From assembly GCA_964016885.1 (NCBI GenBank), contig OZ024742.1:15748001-15812000 (forward strand): 64,000 nt of DNA, read 5' to 3'. Within the stretch, counting starts at the first letter, position 1. Every line of letters starts with the position of its first letter. Below the pieces are notes generated by a model that was given only the letters and a program-made list of their open reading frames with translations, was not told the DNA's origin and made no database searches. Made by a program: the position numbers and the translations under genes. This DNA comes from Eledone cirrhosa. Taxonomy: Eukaryota. This document shows positions 40,701 to 52,600 of this stretch, piece after piece.

Positions 40701-43700
40701 ATTTGTGTAAGATATTGTTTAGTACACAGTCGAGACTTTAGATTTGGATTTGTGTGAGATATTGTTTAGTACACAGTAGAGACTTTAGGTTTGGATTTGT
40801 GTGAGATATTGTTTTGTATACAGTAGAGATTTTAGGTTTGGATTTGCGTGAGATATAGTTTAGTACACAGTAGAGACTTTAGGTTTGGATTTGTGTGAGA
40901 TATTGTTTAGTATACAGTAGAGACCTTAGGTTTGGATTTGTGTGAGATATTGTTCAGTATACAGTAGAGACTTTAGGTTTGGATTTGTGTGAGATATTGT
41001 TTAGTATACAGTAGAGACTTTAGGTTTGGATTTGTGTGAGATATTGTTTAGTATATAGTAGAGACTTTAGGTTTGGATTTGTGTGAGATATTGTTTAGTA
41101 TACAGTAGAGACTTTAGGTTTGGATTTGTGTGAGATATTGTTTAGTATACAGTAGAGACTTTAGGTTTGGATTTGTGTAAGATATTGTTTAGTACACAGT
41201 AGAGACTTTAGGTTTGGATGTGTGTGAGATATTGTTTAGTACACAGTAGAGACTTTAGGTTTGGATTTGTGTAAGATATTGTTTAATACACAGTAGAGAC
41301 TTTAGCTTTGGATTTGTGTGAGATATTGTTTAGTACACAGTAGAGACTTTAGGTTTGGATTTGTGTGAGATATTGTTTAGTATACAGTAGACACTTTAGG
41401 TTTGGATTTGTGTGAGATATTGTTTCGTATACAGTAGACACTTCAGGTTTGGATTTGTGTGAGATATTGTTTAGTATATAGTAGAGACTTTAGGTTTGGA
41501 TTTGTGTGAGATATTGTTTAGTATACAGTAGAGACTTTAGGTTTGGATTTGTGTGAGATATTGTTTAATACACAGTAGAGACTTTAGCTTTGGATTTGTG
41601 TGAGATATTGTTTAGTACACAGTAGAGACTTTAGGTTTGGATTTGCGTGAGATATTGTTTAGTATACAGTAGAAACTTTAGGTTTGGATTTGTGTGAGAT
41701 ATTGTTTAGTACACAGTAGAGACTATAGGTTTGGATTTGTGTGAGATATTGTTTAGTATACAGTAGAGACTTTAGGTTTGCATTTGTGTGGGATATTGTT
41801 TAGTACACATTAGAGACTTTAGGTTTGGATTTGTGTAAGATATTGATTAGTATACAGTAGAGACTTAAGGTTTGGATTTGTGTGAGATATTGTTTAGTAC
41901 AAAGCAGAGACTTTAGGTTTGGATTTGTGTAAGATATTGATTAGTATACAGTAGAGACTTTAGGTTTGGATTTGTGTGAGATATTGTTTAGTACACAGTA
42001 GAGACTTTAGGTTTGGATTTGTGTAAGATATTGATTAGTATACAGTAGAGACTTTAGGTTTGGATTTGTGTGAGATATTGTTTAGTACACAGTAGAGATT
42101 TATGTTTGGATTTGTGTAAGATATTGTTTAGTATACAGTAGAGACTTTAGGTTTGGATTTGTGTGAGACATCGTTTAGTACACAGTAGAGACTTTAGGTT
42201 TGGATTTGTGTGAGATATTGTTTAGTATACAGTAGAGACTTTAGGTTTGGATTTGTGTGAGATATTGTTTAGTATACAGTAGAGACTTTAGGTTTGGATT
42301 TGTGTAAGATATTGTTTAGTACACAGTAGAGATTTTAGGTTTGGATTTGTGTGAGATATTGTTTAGTACACAGTAGAGACTTTAGGTTTGGATTTGTGTG
42401 AGATATTGTTTAGTATACAGTAGATAATTTAGATTTGGATTTGTTTGATATTGTTTAGTATACAGTAGACAATTTAGGTTTGGATTTGTGTGAGATATTG
42501 TTTAGTACACAGTAGAGGTTTAGGTTTGGATTTGTGAGATATTGTTTAGTACACAGTAGAGACTTTAGGTTTGGATTTGTGTAAGATATTGTTTAGTACA
42601 CAGTCGAGACTTTAGATTTGGATTTGTGTGAGATATTGTTTAGTACACAGTAGAGACTTTAGGTTTGGATTTGTGTGAGATATTGTTTAGTATACAGTAG
42701 AGACTTTAGGTTTGGATTTGTGTGAGATATAGTTTAGTACACAGTAGAGACTTTAGGTTTGGATTTGTGTGAGATATTGTTTAGTATACAGTAGAGACCA
42801 TAGGTTTGGATTTGTGTGAGATATTGTTCAGTATACAGTAGAGACTTTAGGTTTGGATTTGTGTGAGATATTGTTTAGTATACAGTAGAGACTTTAGGTT
42901 TGGATTTGTGTCAGATATTGTTTAGTATATAGTAGAGACTTTAGGTTTGGATTTGTGTGAGATACTGTTTAGTATACAGTAGAGACTTTAGGTTTGGATT
43001 TGTGTAAGATATTGTTTAGTACACAGTAGAGACTTTAGGTTTGGATGTGTGTGAGATATTGTTTAGTACACAGTAGAGACTTTAGGTTTGGATTTGTGTA
43101 AGATATTGTTTAATACACAGTAGAGACTTTAGCTTTGGATTTGTGTGAGATATTGTTTAGTACACAGCAGAGACTTTAGGCTTGGATTTGTGTGAGATAT
43201 TGTTTAGTATACAGTAGACACTTTAGGTTTGGATTTGTGTGAGATATTGTTTAGTACACAGTAGAGACTTTAGGTTTGCATTTGTGTGAGAAATAGTTTA
43301 GTACACAGTAGAGACTTTAGGTTTGGATTTGTGTGAGATATTGTTTAGTATACACTAGAGACCTTAGGTTTGGATTTGTGTGAGAAATAGTTTAGTACAC
43401 AGTAGAGACTTTAGGTTTGGATTTGTGTGAGAAATAGTTTAGTACACAGTAGAGACATTAGGTTTGGATTTGTGTGAGATATTGTTTAGTATACAGTAGA
43501 GACCTTAGGTTTGGATTTGTGTGAGATATTGTTTAGTATACAGTAGAGACTTTAGGTTTGGATTTGTGAGTGATATTGTTTAGTACACAGTAGAGACTTT
43601 AGGTTTGGATTTGTGTGAGATATTGTTTAGTATACAGTAGAGATTTAGGTTTGGATTTGTGTGAGATATTGTTTAGTATACAGTAGATACTTTAGGTTTC

Positions 43701-46700
43701 AATATGTGTGAGATATTGTTTAGTATACAGTAGAGACTTTAGGTTTGGATTTGTGTGAGATATTGTTTAGTACACAGTAGAGACTTTAGGTTTGGATTTG
43801 TGAGATATTGTTTAGTACACAGTAGAGACTTTAGGTTTGGATTTGTGTGAGATATTGATTAGTTTACAGTAGAGACATTAGGTTTGGATTTGTGTGAGAT
43901 ATTGTTTAGTATACAGTAGAGACTTTAGGTTTGGATTTGTGTGAGATATTGTTTAGTACACAGTAGAGACTTTAGGGTTGGATTTGTGTGAGATATTGTT
44001 TTGTATACAGTAGAGACTTCAGGTTTGCATTTGTGTGGGATACTGTTTAGTACACAGTAGAGACTTTAGGTTTGGATTTGTGTAAGATATTGATTAGTAT
44101 ACAGTAGAGACTTTAGGTTTGGATTTGTGTGAGATATTGTTTAGTATACAGTAGAGACTTTAGGTTTGCATTTGTGTGGGATATTGTTTAGTATACAGTA
44201 GAGACTTTAGGTTTGGATTTGTGTAAGATATTGATTAGTATACAGTAGAGACTTTAGGTTTGGATTTGTGTGAGATATTGTTTAGTATACAGTAAAGCCT
44301 TAATGTTTGGATTTGTGTGAGATATTGTTTAGTATACAGTAGAGACTTTAGGTTTGTATTTGTGAGTGATATTGTTTAGTACACAGTAGAGACTTTAGGT
44401 TTGGATTTGTGTGAGATATTGTTTAGTATGCAGTAGAGACTTTAGGTTTGGATTTGTGTGAGATATTGTTTAGTATACAGTAGAGACTTTAGGTTTGGAT
44501 TTGTGTGAGTTATTGTTTAGTATACAGTAGAGACTTTAGGTTTGGATTTGTGTAAGATATTGTTTAGTACACAGTAGAGACTTTAGGTTTGGATTTGTGT
44601 AAGATATTGTGTTGTATACAGTAGAGACTTTAGGTTTGGATTTGTGTGAGTTATTGTTTAGTACACAGTAGAGACTTTAGGGTTGGATTTGTGTGAGATA
44701 TTGTTTAGTATACAGTAGAGAATTTAGGTTTGGATTTGTGTGAGATATTGTTTAGTACACAGTAGAGATTTTAGGTTTGGATTTGTGTAAGATATTGTTT
44801 AGTATACAGTATAGACTTTAGGTTTGGATTTGTGTGAGATATTGTTTAGTATACAGTAGAGAGTTTAGGTTTGGATTTGTGTGAGATATTGTTTCGTATA
44901 CAGTAGAGACTTTAGGGTTGGATTTGTGTGAGATATTGTTTAGTATACAGTAGAGACTTTAGGTTTGGATTTGTGTGAGATATTGTTTAGTATATAGTAG
45001 AGACTTTAGGTTTGGATTTGTGTGAGATATTGTTTAGTATACAGTAGATAGTTTAGGTTTGGATTTCTGTGAGATATTGTTTAGTATACAGTAGAGACTT
45101 TAGGTTTGGATTTGTGTGAGATATTGTTTAGTATACAGTAGAGACTTTAGGTTTGTATTTGTGAGTGATATTGTTTAGTACACAGTAGAGACTTTAGGTT
45201 TGGATTTGTGTGAGATATTGTTTAGCACACAGTAGAGGCTTTAGGTTTGCATTTGTGTGAGAAATAGTTTAGTACACAGTAGAGACTTTAGGTTTGGATT
45301 TGTGTGAGATATTGTTTAGTATACAGTAGAGACCTTAGGTTTGGATTTGTGTGAGAAATAGTTTAGTACACAGTAGAGACTTTAGGTTTGGATTTGTGTG
45401 AGAAATAGTTTAGTACACAGTAGAGACTTTAGGTTTGGATTTGTGTGAGATATTGTTTAGTATACAGTAGATAATTTAGATTTGGATTTGTGTGATATTG
45501 TTTAGTATACAGTAGACAATTTAGGTTTGGATTTGTGTGAGATATTGTTTAGTACACAGTAGAGGTTTAGGTTTGGATTTGTGAGATATTGTTTAGTACA
45601 CAGTAGAGACTTTAGGTTTGGATTTGTGTAAGATATTGTTTAGTACACAGCCGAGACTTTAGATTTGGATTTGTGTGAGATATTGTTTAGTACACAGTAG
45701 AGACTTTAGGTTTGGATTTGTGTGAGATATTGTTTAGTATACAGTAGAGACCTTAGGTTTGGATTTGTGTGAGATATTGTTCAGTATACAGTAGAGACTT
45801 TAGGTTTGGATTTGTGTGAGATATTGTTTAGTATACAGTAGATACTTTAGGTTTGGATTTGTGTGAGATATTGTTTAGTATATAGTAGAGACTTTAGGTT
45901 TGGATTTGTGTGAGATACTGTTTTGTATACAGTAGAGACTTTAGGTTTGGATTTGTGTAAGATATTGTTTAGTACACAGTAGAGACTTTAGGTTTGGATG
46001 TGTGTGAGATATTGTTTAGTACACAGTAGAGACTTTAGGTTTGGATTTGTGTAAGATATTGTTTAATACACAGTAGAGACTTTAGCTTTGGATTTGTGTG
46101 AGATATTGTTTAGTACACAGTAGAGACTTTAGGTTTGGATTTGTGTGAGATATTGTTTAGTATACAGTAGACACTTTAGGTTTGGATTTGTGTGAGATAT
46201 TGTTTAGTACACAGCAGAGACTTTAGGTTTGCATTTGTGTGTGAAATAGTTTAGTACACAGTAGAGACTCTAGGTTTGGATTTGTGTGAGATATTGTTTA
46301 GTATACAGTAGAGACCTTAGGTTTGGATTTGTGTGAGAAATAGTTTAGTACACAGTAGAGACTTTAGGTTTGGATTTGTGTGAGAAATAGTTTAGTACAC
46401 AGTAGAGACTGTAGGTTTGGATTTGTGTGAGATATTGTTTAGTATACAGTAGAGACCTTAGGTTTGGATTTGTGTGAGATATTGTTCAGTATACAGTAGA
46501 GACTTTAGGTTTGGATTTGTGTGAGATATTGTTTAGTATACAGTAGAGACTTTAGGTTTGGATTTGTGTGAGAAATAGTTTAGTACACAGTAGAGACTTT
46601 AGGTTTGGATTTGTGTGAGATATTGTTTAGTATACAGTAGATAATTTAGATTTGGATTTGTGTGATATTGTTTAGTATACAGCAGACAATTTAGGTTTGG

Positions 46701-49600
46701 ATTTGTGTGAGATATTGTTTAGTACACAGTAGAGGTTTAGGTTTGGATTTGTGAGATATTGTTTAGTACACAGTAGAGACTTTAGGTTTGGATTTGTGTG
46801 AGATATTGTTTAGTACACAGTAGAGGTTTAGGTTTGGATTTGTGAGATATTGTTTAGTACACAGTAGAGACTTTAGGTTTGGATTTGTGTAAGATTGTTT
46901 AGTACACAGTCGAGACTTTAGATTTGGATTTGTGTGAGATATTGTTTAGTACACAGTAGAGACTTTAGGTTTGGATTTGTGTGAGATATTGTTTAGTATA
47001 CAGTAGAGACCTTAGGTTTGGATTTGTGTGAGATATTGTTCAGTATACAGTAGAGACTTTAGGTTTGGATTTGTGTGAGATATTGTTTAGTATACAGTAG
47101 AGACTTTAGGTTTGGATTTGTGTGAGATATTGTTTAGTATATAGTAGAGACTTTAGGTTTGGATTTGTGTGAGATACTGTTTAGTATACAGTAGAGACTT
47201 TAGGTTTGGATTTGTGTAAGATATTGTTTAGTACACAGTAGAGACTTTAGGTTTGGATTTGTGTGAGATATTGTTTAGTATATAGTAGAGACTTTAGGTT
47301 TGGATTTGTGTGAGATATTGTTTAGTATACAGTAGATAGTTTAGGTTTGGATTTCTGTGAGATATTGTTTAGTATACAGTAGAGACTTTAGGTTTGGATT
47401 TGTGTGAGATATTGTTTAGTATACAGTAGAGACTTTAGGTTTGTATTTGTGAGTGATATTGTTTAGTACACAGTAGAGACTTTAGGTTTGGATTTGTGTG
47501 AGATATTGTTTAGCACACAGTAGAGGCTTTAGGTTTGCATTTGTGTGAGAAATAGTTTAGTACACAGTAGAGACTTTAGGTTTGGATTTGTGTGAGATAT
47601 TGTTTAGTATACAGTAGAGACCTTAGGTTTGGATTTGTGTGAGAAATAGTTTAGTACACAGTAGAGACTTTAGGTTTGGATTTGTGTGAGAAATAGTTTA
47701 GTACACAGTAGAGACTTTAGGTTTGGATTTGTGTGAGATATTGTTTAGTATACAGTAGATAATTTAGATTTGGATTTGTGTGATATTGTTTAGTATACAG
47801 TAGACAATTTAGGTTTGGATTTGTGTGAGATATTGTTTAGTACACAGTAGAGGTTTAGGTTTGGATTTGTGAGATATTGTTTAGTACACAGTAGAGACTT
47901 TAGGTTTGGATTTGTGTAAGATATTGTTTAGTACACAGCCGAGACTTTAGATTTGGATTTGTGTGAGATATTGTTTAGTACACAGTAGAGACTTTAGGTT
48001 TGGATTTGTGTGAGATATTGTTTAGTATACAGTAGAGACCTTAGGTTTGGATTTGTGTGAGATATTGTTCAGTATACAGTAGAGACTTTAGGTTTGGATT
48101 TGTGTGAGATATTGTTTAGTATACAGTAGATACTTTAGGTTTGGATTTGTGTGAGATATTGTTTAGTATATAGTAGAGACTTTAGGTTTGGATTTGTGTG
48201 AGATACTGTTTTGTATACAGTAGAGACTTTAGGTTTGGATTTGTGTAAGATATTGTTTAGTACACAGTAGAGACTTTAGGTTTGGATGTGTGTGAGATAT
48301 TGTTTAGTACACAGTAGAGACTTTAGGTTTGGATTTGTGTAAGATATTGTTTAATACACAGTAGAGACTTTAGCTTTGGATTTGTGTGAGATATTGTTTA
48401 GTACACAGTAGAGACTTTAGGTTTGGATTTGTGTGAGATATTGTTTAGTATACAGTAGACACTTTAGGTTTGGATTTGTGTGAGATATTGTTTAGTACAC
48501 AGCAGAGACTTTAGGTTTGCATTTGTGTGTGAAATAGTTTAGTACACAGTAGAGACTCTAGGTTTGGATTTGTGTGAGATATTGTTTAGTATACAGTAGA
48601 GACCTTAGGTTTGGATTTGTGTGAGAAATAGTTTAGTACACAGTAGAGACTTTAGGTTTGGATTTGTGTGAGAAATAGTTTAGTACACAGTAGAGACTGT
48701 AGGTTTGGATTTGTGTGAGATATTGTTTAGTATACAGTAGAGACCTTAGGTTTGGATTTGTGTGAGATATTGTTCAGTATACAGTAGAGACTTTAGGTTT
48801 GGATTTGTGTGAGATATTGTTTAGTATACAGTAGAGACTTTAGGTTTGGATTTGTGTGAGAAATAGTTTAGTACACAGTAGAGACTTTAGGTTTGGATTT
48901 GTGTGAGATATTGTTTAGTATACAGTAGATAATTTAGATTTGGATTTGTGTGATATTGTTTAGTATACAGTAGACAATTTAGGTTTGGATTTGTGTGAGA
49001 TATTGTTTAGTACACAGTAGAGGTTTAGGTTTGGATTTGTGAGATATTGTTTAGTACACAGTAGAGACTTTAGGTTTGGATTTGTGTGAGATATTGTTTA
49101 GTACACAGTAGAGGTTTAGGTTTGGATTTGTGAGATATTGTTTAGTACACAGTAGAGACTTTAGGTTTGGATTTGTGTAAGATTGTTTAGTACACAGTCG
49201 AGACTTTAGATTTGGATTTGTGTGAGATATTGTTTAGTACACAGTAGAGACTCTAGGTTTGGATTTGTGTGAGATATTGTTTAGTATACAGTAGAGACCT
49301 TAGGTTTGGATTTGTGTGAGATATTGTTCAGTATACAGTAGAGACTTTAGGTTTGGATTTGTGTGAGATATTGTTTAGTATACAGTAGAGACTTTAGGTT
49401 TGGATTTGTGTGAGATATTGTTTAGTATATAGTAGAGACTTTAGGTTTGGATTTGTGTGAGATACTGTTTAGTATACAGTAGAGACTTTAGGTTTGGATT
49501 TGTGTAAGATATTGTTTAGTACACAGTAGAGACTTTAGGTTTGGATGTGTGTGAGATATTGTTTAGTACACAGTAGAGACTTTAGGTTTGGATTTGTGTG
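19800..49600. repeat. SatB higher-order-repeat core, irregular units of ~1.2-1.6 kb (~25-34 monomers)
   Basis: The marker GATAATTTAGATTTGG...GTGTGATATT...AGACAATTTAGG recurs at 20441, 22033, 23389, 24652, 26244, 27693, 28955, 31108, 32509, 33771, 35125, 36293, 37741, 38021, 39236, 40549, 42423, 45470, 46640, 47758 and 48928, with a conserved order of other variants. Confidence 0.88.
44970..49550. repeat. Tandem duplication of a 2288-bp SatB block
   Basis: GATTTCTGT 45067/47355, CACAGCCGAG 45651/47939, and GATAAT 45470/47758 and 46640/48928 all recur at +2288. Confidence 0.9.
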
Positions 49601-52600
49601 AGAAATAGTTTAGTACACAGTAGAGACTTTAGGTTTGGATTTGTGTGAGAAATAGTTTAGTACACAGTAGAGACTTTAGGTTTGGATTTGTGTGAGATAT
49701 TGTTCAGTATACAGTAGAGACTTTAGGTTTGGATTTGTGTGAGATATTGTTTAGTATACAGTAGAGACTTTAGGTTTGGATTTGTGTGAGATATTGTTTA
49801 GTACACAGTAGAGACTTTAGGTTTGGATTTATGGGAGATATTGTTTAGTATACAGTAGAGACTTTAGGTTTGGATTTGTGTGAGATATTGTTTAGTATAC
49901 AGTAGAGACTTTAGGTTTGGATTTGTGTGAGATATTGTTTAGTACACAGTAGAGACTTTAGGTTTGGATTTGTGTGAGATATTGTTTTGTATACAGTAGA
50001 GACTTCAGGTTTGCATTTGTGTGGGATACTGTTTAGTACACAGTAGAGACTTTAGGTTTGGATTTGTGTAAGATATTGATTAGTATACAGTAGAGACTTT
50101 AGGTTTGGATTTGTGTGAGATATTGTTTAGTATACAGTAGAGACATTAGGTTTGCATTTGTGTGGGATATTCTTTAGTATACAGTAGAGACTTTAGGTTT
50201 GGATTTGTGTGAGATATTGTTTAGTATACAGTAGAGACCTTAGGTTTGGATTTGTGTGAGATATTTTTCAGTATACAGTAGAGACTTTAGGTTTGGATTT
50301 GTGTGAGATATTGTTTAGTATACAGTAGAGACTTTAGGTTTGGATTTGTGTGAGATATTGTTTAGTACACAGTAGAGACTTTAGGTTTGGATTTATGGGA
50401 GATATTGTTTAGTATACAGTAGAGACTTTAGGTTTGTATTTGTGTGAGATATTGTTTAGTATACAGTAGAGATTTAGGTTTGGATTTGTGTGAGATATTG
50501 TTTAGTATACAGTAGAGACTTTAGGTTTCAATATGTGTGAGATATTGTTTAGTATACAGTAGAGACTTTAGGTTTGGATTTGTGTGAGATATTGTTTAGT
50601 ACACAGTAGAGACTTTAGGTTTGGATTTGTGAGATATTGTTTAGTACACAGTAGAGACTTTAGGTTTGGATTTGTGTGAGATATTGTTTAGTTTACAGTA
50701 GAGACTTTATGTTTGGATTTGTGTGAGATATTGTCTAGTATTCAGTAGAGACTTTAGGTTTGTATTTGTGAGTGATATTGTTTAGTACACAGTAGAGACT
50801 TTAGGTTTGGATTTGTGTGAGATATTGTTTTGTATACAGTAGAGACTTTAGGTTTGGATTTGTGTGAGATATTGTTTAGTACACAGTAGAGACTTTAGGT
50901 TTGGATTTGTGTGAGTTATTGTTTAGTATACAGTAGAGACTTTAGGTTTGGATTTGTGTGAGATATTGTTTTGTATACAGTAGAGACTTTAGGTTTGCAT
51001 TTGTGTGGGATATTGTTTAGTACACAGTAGAGACTTTAGGTTTGGATGTGGGTAAGATATTGATTAGTATACAGTAGAGACTTTAGGTTTGGATTTGTGT
51101 GAGATATTGTTTAGTATACAGTAGAGACTTTAGGTTTGCATTTGTGTGGGATATTTTTAGTATACAGTAGAGTCTTTAGGTTTGGATTTGTGTAAGATAT
51201 TGATTAGTATACAGTAGAGACTTTAGGTTTGGATTTGTGTGAGATATTGTTTAGTATACAGTAGAGACTTTAGGTTTGCATTTGTGTGGGATAATGTTTA
51301 GTATACAGTAGAGACTTTAGGTTTGGATTTGTGTAAGATATTGATTAGTATACAGTAGAGACTTTAGGTTTGGATTTGTGTGAGATATTGTTTAGTATAC
51401 AGCAGAGAATTTAGTTTTGCATTTGTGTGGGATATTGTTTAGTATACAGTAGAGACTTTAGGTTTGGATTTGTGTGAGATATTGTTTAGTATACAGTAGA
51501 GAATATAGGTTTGGATTTGTGTGAGATATTGTTTAGTACACAGTAGAGATTTTAGGTTTGGATTTGTGTAAGATATTGTTTAGTATACAGTAGAGACTTT
51601 AGGTTTGGATTTGTGTGAGATATTGTTTAGTATACAGTAGAGAGTTTAGGTTTGGATTTGTGTGAGATATTGTTTAGTATACAGTAGAGACTTTAGGGTT
51701 GGATTTGTGTGAGATATTGTTTAGTATACAGTAGAGACTTTAGGTTTGGATTTGTGTAAGATATTGTTTAGTATATAGTAGAGACTTTAGGTTTGGATTT
51801 GTGTGAGATATTGGTTAGTATACAGTAGAGAGTTTAGGTTTGGATTTGTGTGAGATATTGTTTAGTATACAGTAGAGACTTTAGGTTTGGATTTGTGTGA
51901 GATATTGTTTAGTATACAGTAGAGACTTTAGGTTTGGATTTGTGTGAGATATTGTTTACTATACAGTAGAGACTTTATGTTTGGATTTGTGTGAGATATT
52001 GTTTAGTATACAGTAGAGACTTTAGGTTTGTATTTGTGAGTGATATTGTTTAGTACACAGTAGAGACTTTAGGTTTGGATTTGTGTGAGATATTGTTTAG
52101 TATACAGTAGAGACTTTAGGTTTCGATTTGTGTGAGATATTGTTTAGTACACAATAGAGAATGTAGGTTTGGATTTGTGTGAGATATTGTTTAGTATACA
52201 GTAGAGACTTTAGGTTTGGATATGTGTGAGATATTGTTTAGTACACAATAGAGAATGTAGGTTTGGATATGTGTGAGATATTGTTTAGTATACAGTAGAG
52301 ACTTTAGGTTTGGATTTGTGTGAGATATTGTTTAGTATACAGTAGAGACTTTAGGTTTGATTTGTGTGAGACATTGTTTAGAATACAGTAGAGACTTTAG
52401 GTGTGGATTTGTGTGAGATATTGTTTAGTATACAGTAGAGACTTTAGGTTAGGATTTGTGTGAGATATTGTTTAGTATACAGTAGAGACTTTAGGTTTGG
52501 ATTTGTGTGAGATGTTGTTTAGTATACAGTAGAGACTATAGGTTTGGATTTGTGTGAGATATTGTTTAGTATACAGTAGAGACTATAGGATTGGATTTGT

